Shown piece after piece: positions 30,627-40,346 of a stretch of DNA of 64,000 nt. Every line of letters starts with the position of its first letter. Positions within the stretch are counted from its first letter, which is position 1. The notes beneath the pieces are model-generated. The model had not been told where the DNA came from. It saw only the letters and a program-made list of their open reading frames with translations, and did not search any database. Source of the DNA: an uncultured Clostridia bacterium. GTDB lineage: Bacteria > Bacillota > Clostridia > Oscillospirales > Oscillospiraceae. The DNA lies in NCBI GenBank assembly GCA_945873695.1, contig CAMCDX010000002.1, positions 7,790 through 71,789 of the forward strand. The letters are read 5' to 3'. A program made the position numbers and the translations under genes.

Positions 30627-31628
30627 ATGAAAGTGACTATGACGGAAGCGATCTGCAAGGAGGGCATGGACCTTCTGGAGGGGAAAGCTGACATTTTTGT
30701 GGCGCATGACGCCCATCCGCATAACTATCTGGGCCAGCTGAAGGACACCGACGCCTTCATCGTACGTGTGGCTGACAAGGGTGCCATCGACAAGGAGACC
30801 ATGGAGAGCAGCGACAGCCTGAAGGTCATCGGCCGCACCGGCATCGGCTACGACAGCGTCGATGTGGAGTCCGCCACCAAGCTGGGCATTCCCGTGGTGG
30901 TCACCCCCGGCGCCAACAACCGCAGCGTTGCTGAGCACGCCATCACGCTGATGCTGGCCCTCTCCAAGAACATGGTGGAGAGCGATGTGGAGCAGCGCAA
31001 GGGCAACTGGAAGATCCGGGACGCCAAGAAGGCCTTTGAGGTGGAGGAGAAGACCTGCCTCATCATCGGCCTGGGCACCATCGGCAAGATCATCGCCCAC
31101 CTGTGCATCGGCCTGGATATGAAGGTCATCGGCTACGATACCTTCCTTTCCAAGGAGCAGATGGCCGCGCTGGGCGTGGAGAAGTACGACGATAAGTTCG
31201 AGGCCCTGAAGGCCGCCGACGTGGTCATCGTCCAGATGCCCCTCATCGAGGGCGTTACCAACAACACCATCGCCAAGGCAGAGCTGGACGCCATGAAGCC
31301 CACGGCGCTCCTCATCAACTGCAGCCGGGGCGAGATCGTCAATGAGCCCGACCTGTGCGCGGCCCTGAAGAGCGGCAGCATCGCCGGCGCCGGCCTGGAT
31401 GTGTTCTGGAACGAGCCTACCCACGTGGACGACGAGATCCTCAGCTGCCCCAATGTGATCGTCAGCCCCCACAGCGCCGCCCAGACCCGGGAGGCCGTCA
31501 TCAAGATGGCGAAGATGTGCGTGGAAGGCTGCCTGGCCGTGGTGGACGGCAAGAAGTGGCCCTATGTGGCCGACAAGTCCGTTTATGGCCATCCCAAGTG
31601 GGCTGGCAAGGAATGGGCTGAGGTATAA
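30627..31628 (+). CDS. D-2-hydroxyacid dehydrogenase
   Basis: GIGYD, GLGTIG, INCSRG, LDVF..EP, SPHSA. Confidence 0.9.
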   Translation: MKVTMTEAICKEGMDLLEGKADIFVAHDAHPHNYLGQLKDTDAFIVRVADKGAIDKETMESSDSLKVIGRTGIGYDSVDVESATKLGIPVVVTPGANNRSVAEHAITLMLALSKNMVESDVEQRKGNWKIRDAKKAFEVEEKTCLIIGLGTIGKIIAHLCIGLDMKVIGYDTFLSKEQMAALGVEKYDDKFEALKAADVVIVQMPLIEGVTNNTIAKAELDAMKPTALLINCSRGEIVNEPDLCAALKSGSIAGAGLDVFWNEPTHVDDEILSCPNVIVSPHSAAQTREAVIKMAKMCVEGCLAVVDGKKWPYVADKSVYGHPKWAGKEWAEV

Positions 31629-31631
31629 CCT

Positions 31632-32381
31632 ATGACGGAAGCCGTACAGGCGCTGAAACGGCAGCGCGTTCGGATGATACTGGTCAATCTGGCCTATTTC
31701 CTGGTGCTGCTGCTTCTGGGCGTGCTGCTCTTTCTGAAAAACGCCGCCGCAGGCGCGGCCGGCTACCTGCTGGCCGCCGCCTGCCTGGCCGGCTATCTCC
31801 TGCTGGTGCGGCCTATGAGCAAGCGGTATGTCAACGCAGTGCGGGCAACGGTCCTTCGGTATGCCGTGTGCGCCGAATTGACCGACTTCGATTATCGGTC
31901 AAAAGGCGGCGCTGCCGCGGAGACGGTCCGGGGCTGCGGATTGGTGCCCGCCAGTGCGGATACTTTTATGAGCCGTGAGCACGTCGCCGGAAAATGTGGT
32001 ACATTGGCGGTGGAGATGGCCGACGTCACCTTCCCCATCATCGAGGATGGGCACAACGCTATGTTCAACGGCGCGTTCGTGCAGTTGGTCTGGCCGGGCG
32101 CGGATTTCGCACCGGTCACGGTCAAGGCGGGGGAGACGAGGGACCTGAGCCTGCCCAAGCAGCAGATGGAGCTCGTGGAAGGGCTGGGAGAACTGATCCC
32201 GGGAAGTCTTTACCTGAAGGCCGGAGGCGAGACGCTGACATTGCTGCTGCGGGGACGGTTTCTGGGCTTCCGGGTGAACCCGCTGATGCAGATCAGCGAG
32301 CAGACGCTGTGCGCCAATCCGTTTCCCGAACTGGGACAGGCCATGCAGCTTGCGCGTCTGATGCGGCTGAAACGATCATAA
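31632..32381 (+). CDS. Hypothetical protein with two N-terminal TM helices
   Basis: Fills the operon gap; starts 3 nt after the upstream stop. Confidence 0.6.
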   Translation: MTEAVQALKRQRVRMILVNLAYFLVLLLLGVLLFLKNAAAGAAGYLLAAACLAGYLLLVRPMSKRYVNAVRATVLRYAVCAELTDFDYRSKGGAAAETVRGCGLVPASADTFMSREHVAGKCGTLAVEMADVTFPIIEDGHNAMFNGAFVQLVWPGADFAPVTVKAGETRDLSLPKQQMELVEGLGELIPGSLYLKAGGETLTLLLRGRFLGFRVNPLMQISEQTLCANPFPELGQAMQLARLMRLKRS

Positions 32382-32401
32382 ATGAAAGGAAGGTGCCGCC
32401 T

Positions 32402-33694
32402 ATGGAAATCAAAGAGCAGTCCGGCCTGCGGCAGGTATTGGCCACTACACCCATCCCGAAGATGTGCAGGGTACGGCAGATCTTTAAGCGGGACGGTATC
32501 GAGGATGTTCCGGCTTACCTGCAAAGCAAACTGGACGATCCAAAGCTGCGTTCCCGGATCAAGCCGGGGATGCGGGTGGTGCTGACCGGCAGCAGCCGGC
32601 AGATCGCCAATATGCCGGTCATCCTGCGGGAGCTGGCGCGATTCGTAAAGGAACAGGGCGCGCAGCCCTATATCATCCCGGCCATGGGCAGCCACGGCGG
32701 CGCCACGGACGAGGGCCAGCGCCAGATTCTGGAGAGCTACGGCATCACGGAGGAGTTCTGCGGCTGCCCCATCTTTTCCAGTATGGAGACGGTCCGGGTG
32801 GGTGAACTGCCCAACGGAGACGAGGTCCGGGTGGACAAGTTCGCCCATGACGCGGACGCGGTCATCGTTGTGGGGCGCATCAAGGCGCACACGGCCTTCC
32901 GCGGCCCTTACGAGTCCGGCCTCATCAAAATGATGGCCATCGGCATGGGCAAGCGGGCCGGCGCCGATTCCCTGCACAGCGCGGGCTTCGGCGAAATGGG
33001 CGTGCGGCTGCCCCAGTATGCCAAGGTGGTGTTCGACAGCTGCAACATCATCTTCGGCGTGGCGCCTATCGAAAACGAGTTTGACCAGACCTGCCGGATC
33101 GAGGTCATCCCCGCGGAGGAGATCTTCGACAAGGAGCCGGACCTGCTGCTGTATGCCAAGAGCCGGCTGCCTCGCCTGCTGATCCCGGAGACGGATGTGC
33201 TGGTGGTACGGGAGATCGGCAAAAACTTCTCCGGAAGCGGCATGGACCCCAATGTCACCGGCACGTTCGGAACGCCTTATGCCAGCGGCGGTATCCAGAA
33301 GCAGCGCACCGTGGTCCTCGACATTTCGGAGGAGAGCCACGGCAGCTTCATCGGTTTGGGAATGGCGGACACGACTACGAAGCGTGCCTTTGAAAAGCTG
33401 GATACCAATGCCACCTACTTCAATATGATCACGTCTACCGTGCTGAAGGTCGGCAAGATCCCCATGGTGCTGGAGGACGACAAGCTGGCCTTGCAGGCGG
33501 CGCTGAAGACTCTGACACAGGTCGATAAGGACCATATCCGCATGGTCTATATCAAGAATACCCTGTCCCTGGAGACCATCATGGTGTCTGAAGCGCTGCT
33601 GGAGCAGGTAAGACAGCGGGACGACATGGAGATCATGGAGGAGCCCAGAGAACTGCGTTTCGACGAGAACGGAGCGCTTCTGGACTTTGGATGA
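32402..33694 (+). CDS. LarA-superfamily/DUF362-like (putative nickel-pincer) isomerase
   Basis: PAMGSHGGAT, RIKAHTAF, ESGLIKM, GKNFSGSGMDPNVTG. Confidence 0.72.
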   Translation: MEIKEQSGLRQVLATTPIPKMCRVRQIFKRDGIEDVPAYLQSKLDDPKLRSRIKPGMRVVLTGSSRQIANMPVILRELARFVKEQGAQPYIIPAMGSHGGATDEGQRQILESYGITEEFCGCPIFSSMETVRVGELPNGDEVRVDKFAHDADAVIVVGRIKAHTAFRGPYESGLIKMMAIGMGKRAGADSLHSAGFGEMGVRLPQYAKVVFDSCNIIFGVAPIENEFDQTCRIEVIPAEEIFDKEPDLLLYAKSRLPRLLIPETDVLVVREIGKNFSGSGMDPNVTGTFGTPYASGGIQKQRTVVLDISEESHGSFIGLGMADTTTKRAFEKLDTNATYFNMITSTVLKVGKIPMVLEDDKLALQAALKTLTQVDKDHIRMVYIKNTLSLETIMVSEALLEQVRQRDDMEIMEEPRELRFDENGALLDFG

Positions 33695-33728
33695 GACCAT
33701 GGCAAAAAACGTGAAAGGAGAAGAGAAC

Positions 33729-34253
33729 TTGAAAAACAAGCAATACAAACTGGACATCATTCCCGGCATTGTGATCGCACTGTTTTCCATCGGTTATATG
33801 GCCCTGATCCCTTCTATCAAAACATTCACCGGCCTTGGCGCCACGCCCCTGACCAACCACTTCGTCCCCTATCTGTGGGGCGGCTCCCTGCTGGTGCTGG
33901 GCCTGTGGATCACGGCAAGAGGCTTCCGCAAGCGCAAGAAGTATCTGGAAGAAGGCGGGACCATCGTTAAGACACCTCTGAAGGATATCCTGATGGAGAA
34001 ACGGGAAGTGGTTGCCAGCTTTATCTCTCTGACCGTGTATGTGGGTCTGATGGGCCTGGTGGGCTTCGCGCCCATGACCGCTCTGTACGTTTTTGTGCAG
34101 ATCATGATCCTGACCCCCAGAGAAAAGTGGAAGAAGATCGTGGTGCCCGCCATTATCACCGCTGTGATCAGCGGCGCGGCGCTGTTCTATATCTTCAGAT
34201 ATCTGCTGAACGTGCTGCTGCCCGTGGGCATCCTCAGCGTATTCGGACTGTAA
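33729..34253 (+). CDS. tctB: Tripartite tricarboxylate transporter small subunit
   Basis: Small multi-TM protein, F..LL.V.LP.G C-terminus; TTG start after AAAGGAG. Confidence 0.78.
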   Translation: MKNKQYKLDIIPGIVIALFSIGYMALIPSIKTFTGLGATPLTNHFVPYLWGGSLLVLGLWITARGFRKRKKYLEEGGTIVKTPLKDILMEKREVVASFISLTVYVGLMGLVGFAPMTALYVFVQIMILTPREKWKKIVVPAIITAVISGAALFYIFRYLLNVLLPVGILSVFGL

Positions 34254-34268
34254 GGAGGGGACAGACGT

Positions 34269-35801
34269 ATGATTTTACAAGGTTTAATGGAAGTCCTCCA
34301 GCCAATGACCATCCTGCTGGTGGCTATCGGCACCGCGGTGGGCATCATCTTCGGTTCCATCCCCGGCCTGACCGCCACCATGGCCATCGTCATGTTCCTG
34401 CCGGTCACCTATTCCATGTCTGCCTCCGAGGGTATCTCCATGCTGATGGCCCTGTACATCGGCGGCATTTCCGGCGGCTTGATCTCCGCAATCCTGCTGA
34501 ACATCCCCGGCACGCCCTCTTCTGTGGCCACCTGTTTTGACGGTAAGCCCATGGCGGACAAGGGCGAGGCGGGCAAGGCCCTAGGCACCGGCGTTGTGTT
34601 TTCCTTCTTGGGCACGGTCGTGGGTATCGGCCTTCTGGTGGTCCTGTCTCCCGTGCTGTGCGACTTTGCGCTGAAGTTCCAGGCCTATGAGTACTGCGCC
34701 TTGGCCGTGTTCTCCCTGTCCATGGTCATCGCCCTGACCGGCCATGACATGCCCAAGGGCCTCGTCAGCGCGGTGCTGGGTGCTCTGCTGGCCACCGTTG
34801 GCCTGGCACCCATCGACTCCAAGCCCCGCTTCACCTTCGGCCTGTACCAGCTCAACAACGGCTTTGCGCTGGTGGTCCTCCTGATCGGCCTGTTCGCCAT
34901 CGCGGAGGTCATGGCCTATGCGGAGTCCGTGCGGAAGAATCAGAACTTCACCATCCGTGGCAACGTGAAGCTCAAGGGCGTCGGCTTTACCTTCAAGGAG
35001 TTCATCGGCCAGCTCCGCAACGGCATCGTGTCCGCCCTCATCGGCGTGGGCATCGGCATTCTGCCCGGCATCGGCGGCGGCGTGTCCTGCATGATCTCCT
35101 ACACCGTTTCCAAAAACACTTCTAAGCGCCGTGAGCTGTACGGCACCGGCATCATGGACGGTGTCGTGGCCTCCGAGGCTGCCAACAACGGCACCATCGG
35201 CGGCGCCATGATCCCCCTGCTGGCGCTGGGCATCCCCGGCGACGCCGCCACTGCCATGCTGCTGGGCGGCCTGCAGATCCACAATGTGGCCCCCGGTCCC
35301 CTGATCTATGAGAAAAACGGCGTTGTGGTCTACGCCATCTTCTTTGCCATGGTGCTGGCCGCTATCTTCATGATGCTGTTCATGCTGCTGGGTATGCGGT
35401 TCTTTATCTCCGTGCTGAAAATCCCCAAGAACTTCCTGCTGCCCGTGGTCGTGGTTCTGTGCGCCATCGGCGCCATCGGCAACGCCAATATGCTGTTCGA
35501 CACCTATTGCATGGTGGCCTTTGGCCTGATGAGCTATCTGATGGTGAAGTCCAAGATCCCCACGGTCCCCATGATCCTCGGCTTCATTCTGGGCCCCACC
35601 TTCGAGCAGAACCTCCGCCGTGTGTCCCAGCTTGCCTCCAGTGACCCCTTCTGGAATCACCCCATTTTCTGCGTATTGATCATTGCCACCGTTTTCGTGG
35701 TCATCTTCTCCACCCGTGCCAACCTGAAGGACGCCAAGCGTGCTCAGGAGGCTGAGCTGGCGGAGATGAAGGCCGCGAAGCAGGCCGGCGATGATGAATA
35801 A
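34269..35801 (+). CDS. tctA: Tripartite tricarboxylate transporter large subunit
   Basis: GSIPGL, LLNIPGTPSS..T.FDG, EAANNG, LGIPGD. Confidence 0.92.
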   Translation: MILQGLMEVLQPMTILLVAIGTAVGIIFGSIPGLTATMAIVMFLPVTYSMSASEGISMLMALYIGGISGGLISAILLNIPGTPSSVATCFDGKPMADKGEAGKALGTGVVFSFLGTVVGIGLLVVLSPVLCDFALKFQAYEYCALAVFSLSMVIALTGHDMPKGLVSAVLGALLATVGLAPIDSKPRFTFGLYQLNNGFALVVLLIGLFAIAEVMAYAESVRKNQNFTIRGNVKLKGVGFTFKEFIGQLRNGIVSALIGVGIGILPGIGGGVSCMISYTVSKNTSKRRELYGTGIMDGVVASEAANNGTIGGAMIPLLALGIPGDAATAMLLGGLQIHNVAPGPLIYEKNGVVVYAIFFAMVLAAIFMMLFMLLGMRFFISVLKIPKNFLLPVVVVLCAIGAIGNANMLFDTYCMVAFGLMSYLMVKSKIPTVPMILGFILGPTFEQNLRRVSQLASSDPFWNHPIFCVLIIATVFVVIFSTRANLKDAKRAQEAELAEMKAAKQAGDDE

Positions 35802-35827
35802 AAATAAAAAGGAAAGAGGAACCTGAC

Positions 35828-36838
35828 ATGAAAAGATTTTTTGCCCTGTTTCTGACGCTGGCCATGGTCCTGAGCCTGGCCGCCTGCGGTGGAGAGAAAG
35901 AGTCCACTGCTCCCGCCGGGGAAAAGAATGACCCTGCCGCCACCGAGAAGGCTGAGCTCGACTGGCCCAAGAAGACCATCAACATCTACGTGACCCACGG
36001 CGCCGGCGGCGACACCGACTACATGGGCCGTCAGCTGGCCACCGCCCTGGAGAGCGTCCTGGGCGTGTCCGTGGTCGTGACCAACGTCACCGGCTCCAAC
36101 GGCGCCACCTGCATGCAGCAGTACAAGGACGGCGATACCGACGGTTACACCTTCATCGCCACCAACACCGCCGCTCTGAACGGCAACGAGGCCACCGGCA
36201 TGGTGGACTTCGGCTATGACGCCTTCGAGCCCGTAGCTGTGTACGGCATCCAGTCCGGCGAGAACATCGTGGTTCCCGCTGACGCTCCCTATGAGAGTCT
36301 GGACGATCTGATCGAGGCCTCTAAGTCCAACCCCGGCCAGATCAAGTTCGGCATCTCCACTGGCGGCGGCGTGTACATCCAGTCCTGCGTCCTGACCAAT
36401 CTGGGCGGCGCTCAGTTCAACATCATCGATGTCGGTGACGGCGCTACCCGTCTGACCGCTCTGCTGGGCGGCGAGGTCGACGCCACTTCTCTGCCTTACT
36501 CCACCGCGGCTGACTACATTGCCAGCGGCCAGCTGAAGAGCCTGTGCACCTGCCTGTCCAAGGCTCCCGACCTGCTGCCTGACCAGGTTGCCGCCAGCGA
36601 GACCATTCCTGAACTGATCATCGATACCGAGTATGTGCTGCTGGCTCCCAAGGGCACTCCCGCTGAGATCGTGGAGGCTATGAACGCCGCCGTTCTGGAG
36701 GCCACCGCCACCGACGAGTGGAAGACCATGGTCAACGACTATTGCTTCCAGAATCCCTTCGTCCTGAACGTGGAAGAGACGATTGCCAACCTGAAGGAGC
36801 AGCGCGACCTGTTCCAGAGCTTTGTGCCCTTCCTGTAA
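35828..36838 (+). CDS. tctC: TTT substrate-binding lipoprotein (Bug/TctC)
   Basis: Lipobox LAAC; WP.K.I...V...AGG.TD, DGYT, APKGTP. Confidence 0.88.
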   Translation: MKRFFALFLTLAMVLSLAACGGEKESTAPAGEKNDPAATEKAELDWPKKTINIYVTHGAGGDTDYMGRQLATALESVLGVSVVVTNVTGSNGATCMQQYKDGDTDGYTFIATNTAALNGNEATGMVDFGYDAFEPVAVYGIQSGENIVVPADAPYESLDDLIEASKSNPGQIKFGISTGGGVYIQSCVLTNLGGAQFNIIDVGDGATRLTALLGGEVDATSLPYSTAADYIASGQLKSLCTCLSKAPDLLPDQVAASETIPELIIDTEYVLLAPKGTPAEIVEAMNAAVLEATATDEWKTMVNDYCFQNPFVLNVEETIANLKEQRDLFQSFVPFL

Positions 36839-36861
36839 TTCGGAGGAAGATTTGCTGCAAA

Positions 36862-36898
36862 GAAAAGGGCCTCTGTGCATCAGAGGCCCTTTTCCTTT
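36862..36898 (+). terminator. Terminator after tctC
   Basis: GAAAAGGGCCTCTG/CAGAGGCCCTTTTC. Confidence 0.75.
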
Positions 36899-36963
36899 GA
36901 GGGGGCAAGACAGAGCCGGCATACCCGGCTCCGGAGAAATGAAAACGTAAGAGGACTGGGAAT

Positions 36964-37875
36964 ATGCTCAAGGATCTTTTGCAGCTGGAGGCCATCATGG
37001 TTTTACTGGTGCTGACCGGCATCTGGCTGCGCAGGCGGGGGATCATTACAGACCAGGGACGGGACTGTCTGACAGACGTGCTGATGACGGTGATCCTGCC
37101 CTGCAATATATTTCTCTCGTTCAAAACGGACGCGGATATGGAGACGCTCCGCGGCTTTTTGGTCACCATCGCGATCAGCGTGCTGATCATGCTGTTCACC
37201 GCGGCGCTGGGAAAGGCGCTGTACCGGCGGAAGGAGGACCACCAGCAGAAGGTGTTCCGCTACGGACTGATCAACTCCAACGCCCTGTTCATCGGCCTTC
37301 CCATCATCCAGAGTCTTCTGGGGGATGCCGGCGTTTTGCAGCAGACCATGTACATGATCTTTGTCCGGGTGTTCTCCTGGAGCTACGGACTGTCCCTGTA
37401 CACCGGTGTGAAATCGGACTGGAAGGCCTCAGCAAAGCGCCTGATGACCAACGCGTGCATGATCGCCGCCGCGCTGGGGCTGGTGATGATGCTGACTGGC
37501 TTTCGGCTTCCGGCGTTTTTGGACCGGACCCTGGGATACGCCAGCAATTGCATGATGCTGATCTCCATGCTGCTGATCGGCGTGGTGTTGTCGGAACTGG
37601 ATTTCCGGCAGCTGCTGTGGAAGGATGTGTGGGGGTTCACGGCGGTCCGGCTGCTGGTGATCCCGGCCATTGTCCTTCTGGGCTGCAGACTGTTCCGGGT
37701 GCCGTATATCGTCACGGCCACCTGCACGCTGCTGTCCGGCATGCCCGCCGCCAGCCTGACGGCGGTGCTGGCGGCCCGGTATCACGGAGACGCGGAACTG
37801 GGTGCCCTGCTGGTGACGGTGAGCACGATCCTGTCCGCCGTGACGATCCCCATTTGGTTTATGATTTTGCAGTGA
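36964..37875 (+). CDS. AEC family transporter
   Basis: N..FIGLP, MPAAS, ST.LS.VTIP. Confidence 0.85.
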   Translation: MLKDLLQLEAIMVLLVLTGIWLRRRGIITDQGRDCLTDVLMTVILPCNIFLSFKTDADMETLRGFLVTIAISVLIMLFTAALGKALYRRKEDHQQKVFRYGLINSNALFIGLPIIQSLLGDAGVLQQTMYMIFVRVFSWSYGLSLYTGVKSDWKASAKRLMTNACMIAAALGLVMMLTGFRLPAFLDRTLGYASNCMMLISMLLIGVVLSELDFRQLLWKDVWGFTAVRLLVIPAIVLLGCRLFRVPYIVTATCTLLSGMPAASLTAVLAARYHGDAELGALLVTVSTILSAVTIPIWFMILQ

Positions 37876-37913
37876 TCGGGCTGCGGGAATGAGAAAACGG
37901 AGGAGAAGCGACG

Positions 37914-38714
37914 ATGATGAGAGAAAACAAGCTGCGCCGCATCCTGCGGGAGGGCAGGACCTCGGTGGCCACCCGCCTGTGGAGCACATGGCCCCTATAC
38001 ACGGAATCTCTGGGCGCCACGGGAAATTTCGATTATATGGAATTCGTGGCGGAGTACGCGCCGTTTTCCCAAGCGGACCTGGAAAATATGGCCCGGGCCG
38101 CCGAATTGTACGAGATGAGCTCCATGATCAAAGTGGACTTTCAAAACCGCTTTTATGTGGCGCAGAAGGCGGTGGCCTCCGGCTTCCAGGCCGTCAACTT
38201 CGCGGACCATCGGACGGCGCAGGACGTGCGGGATTCTATCAACTCCATCCGCCCGCTGGTGGAGGGGAGCGACGGCTGGTACGGCTGTCCCAACCGCCGT
38301 TTTATCAGCAGCCCCAACGGCGTGACCCAGAAGGAGCACATCGCCCGGCTGAACGACATCGTGTTGTGCTTTATGATCGAAAAAAAGGAAGCCGTGGATA
38401 ACATCGAGGAGATCTGCTCCATCCCGGGGGTGGACATGGTCCAGTTCGGTCCCGCGGACTACTCCATGAGTCTGGGCTGGAATCGGGCGGAGCACGAAGC
38501 GGAGTGGAAGGCAGCGGAACGCTATGTGATAGAGACGGCCCTGCGCCACGGTGTGCAGCCCCGCTGCGAGATCAGCACCCCGGACCAGGCCCAGTACTAC
38601 ATCGACCTGGGCGTCCGTCACTTCAGCCTGGGAGACCAGCTGGCCAGGCTGAAATCGTTCTGGAACGAAGAGGGCCGGGAGATGCGCGATATCGCCCGGG
38701 CCCTGGAAACTTGA
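37914..38714 (+). CDS. HpcH/HpaI class II aldolase
   Basis: FDYMEFVAEY, MIE...AVDNIEEI...PGVD..FGP.DYS. Confidence 0.85.
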   Translation: MMRENKLRRILREGRTSVATRLWSTWPLYTESLGATGNFDYMEFVAEYAPFSQADLENMARAAELYEMSSMIKVDFQNRFYVAQKAVASGFQAVNFADHRTAQDVRDSINSIRPLVEGSDGWYGCPNRRFISSPNGVTQKEHIARLNDIVLCFMIEKKEAVDNIEEICSIPGVDMVQFGPADYSMSLGWNRAEHEAEWKAAERYVIETALRHGVQPRCEISTPDQAQYYIDLGVRHFSLGDQLARLKSFWNEEGREMRDIARALET

Positions 38715-38735
38715 CACCGCTCCCTGCAGCGGCAA

Positions 38736-38779
38736 AATGCCAACAGGCGCGGTCCACATGGGCCGCGCCTGTTGGCATT
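38736..38779. terminator. Long hairpin between convergent modules
   Basis: About 20-bp stem AATGCCAACAGGCGCGG/CCGCGCCTGTTGGCATT. Confidence 0.65.
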
Positions 38780-38795
38780 AAAGAGGAGAGTGGAA

Positions 38796-40328
38796 TCAAG
38801 CGGTTGTGCCCAGCCACCAGACGATGAATTCGTCGCTGCCCGTGCCGAACAGCTCACTTTTGGTGGGTTGGCCGGAGGCCGCGGCGATCAGCGCCTCGAA
38901 AATTTCCCGGCCCATCTGGTCCAGGCCTTTCTCGCCGTCGATGACCGCACCGGCGTTCAGGTCCATATCGTCTTCCTGGCGCTGGTAAAGAGGCGTGTTG
39001 GAAGCGATCTTCAGCGTGGGGAAGTGCTGGGCGCCGTAGCAGGAGCCGCGGCCGGTGGTAAAGGCGCACAGGTTGCAGCCGCCGGCAAACATGGCGGCGG
39101 CGGAGACCGGGTCGTAGGAGGGAGAGTTCATGATGACAAGGCCGGGAACTGTAATGGCCTCCGCGTAGCCCACAACGTCGTTCAGCGGCGTGCTGCCCCC
39201 CTTTTTGGCGCTGCCCAGGGCTTTTTCCAGCACGTTGGTGATGCCGCCGGCATTGTTGCCCGGCGTGACCTTGCCGCAGATCTGGGAATCCCTGCCCTTG
39301 CAGTATTCCAGCCACCAGTTCATCACGTCGATGAGCTTCTGGGCCACTTCGGGAGATCTGGCCCGGCGGGTGAGGGCCCCCTCCATGCCCAGGAGCTCCG
39401 TGGGCTCGGTCAGAACGGCGGTGCCGCCGTTTTTCACCAGCAGGTCCATGGCTCTGCCCAAGGCGGGATTTGCGGAGGAGCCGGAGAAGGAGTCAGAGCC
39501 GCCGCATTCCAGTCCCACCTTCAGGTGGCTGATGGGCACGCTCTGGCGGCGGCACTGGTCGGCGATGGGGAGCATGGCCTCCACCATGGCGATGCCCTGG
39601 GCCACAGTCTTTCTGGAGCCGCCCGCCTCCTGGATGACCAGGCGGCCCAGCATGGGGCCGGGGGTCAGGCCATTTTCTTCCAGGCAGGCGTCAATGTTGT
39701 TGGATTCACAGCCCAGAGAGCACAGGACGGCGCCGGCCATGTTGGGGTTTTTGATATGCCCGCCGATCAGCCGGCGCAGGAAGGTCATGGGGTCCCCGGA
39801 CTTTTCCAGGCCGCAGCCGGAGGAGGTGATCAGCGGCACCACAGCGTCCACATGGGGATAGGCCTTTAAAATATCCTCCGTGAAGTGGCTGGCGATCTTC
39901 CGGGCCACGGTGGCGGCGCAGTTGCTGCACACGATGACGGCGATGCAGTTCCGGGTGCCTACCTGGCCGTCGGGGCGCACATAGCCCATGAAGGTGCGGC
40001 GCTCAGCCGGCGGAAGGATATCCACCGGGCGGTAGTCCTGGCAAAAATGGTACTCCTCCGATACGGCATCGAAGTGGAAGGTGTCGTTGTGCATGTGGGT
40101 GCCGGGCTCCACATCCCGGGAGGCGTAGCCGATGACCGTGTTGTACTTCAGAATGGGCGCGCCTTTGGCGATGGCCCGGGAGGCGATCTTGTGGCCGATG
40201 GGGATATCCGTTCGGACGGTGATCCCCTCCTCCGGAATCACCGTCCCGGCGGCGACAGGCTGCCGGGCCACCACGATATTATCCGCCGGATCCAGGCGGA
40301 TCACAGGACTTTTCTCTGCGGACATCAC
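38796..40328 (-). CDS. UxaA/GarD-family acid-sugar dehydratase
   Basis: SAF domain (IPIGHKIA), VGTRN, ECGGSD, PGNNAGG, FTTGRG. Confidence 0.9.
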   Translation of the reverse strand: MMSAEKSPVIRLDPADNIVVARQPVAAGTVIPEEGITVRTDIPIGHKIASRAIAKGAPILKYNTVIGYASRDVEPGTHMHNDTFHFDAVSEEYHFCQDYRPVDILPPAERRTFMGYVRPDGQVGTRNCIAVIVCSNCAATVARKIASHFTEDILKAYPHVDAVVPLITSSGCGLEKSGDPMTFLRRLIGGHIKNPNMAGAVLCSLGCESNNIDACLEENGLTPGPMLGRLVIQEAGGSRKTVAQGIAMVEAMLPIADQCRRQSVPISHLKVGLECGGSDSFSGSSANPALGRAMDLLVKNGGTAVLTEPTELLGMEGALTRRARSPEVAQKLIDVMNWWLEYCKGRDSQICGKVTPGNNAGGITNVLEKALGSAKKGGSTPLNDVVGYAEAITVPGLVIMNSPSYDPVSAAAMFAGGCNLCAFTTGRGSCYGAQHFPTLKIASNTPLYQRQEDDMDLNAGAVIDGEKGLDQMGREIFEALIAAASGQPTKSELFGTGSDEFIVWWLGTTA

Positions 40329-40346
40329 AGCAGCACCTCACTTGTT

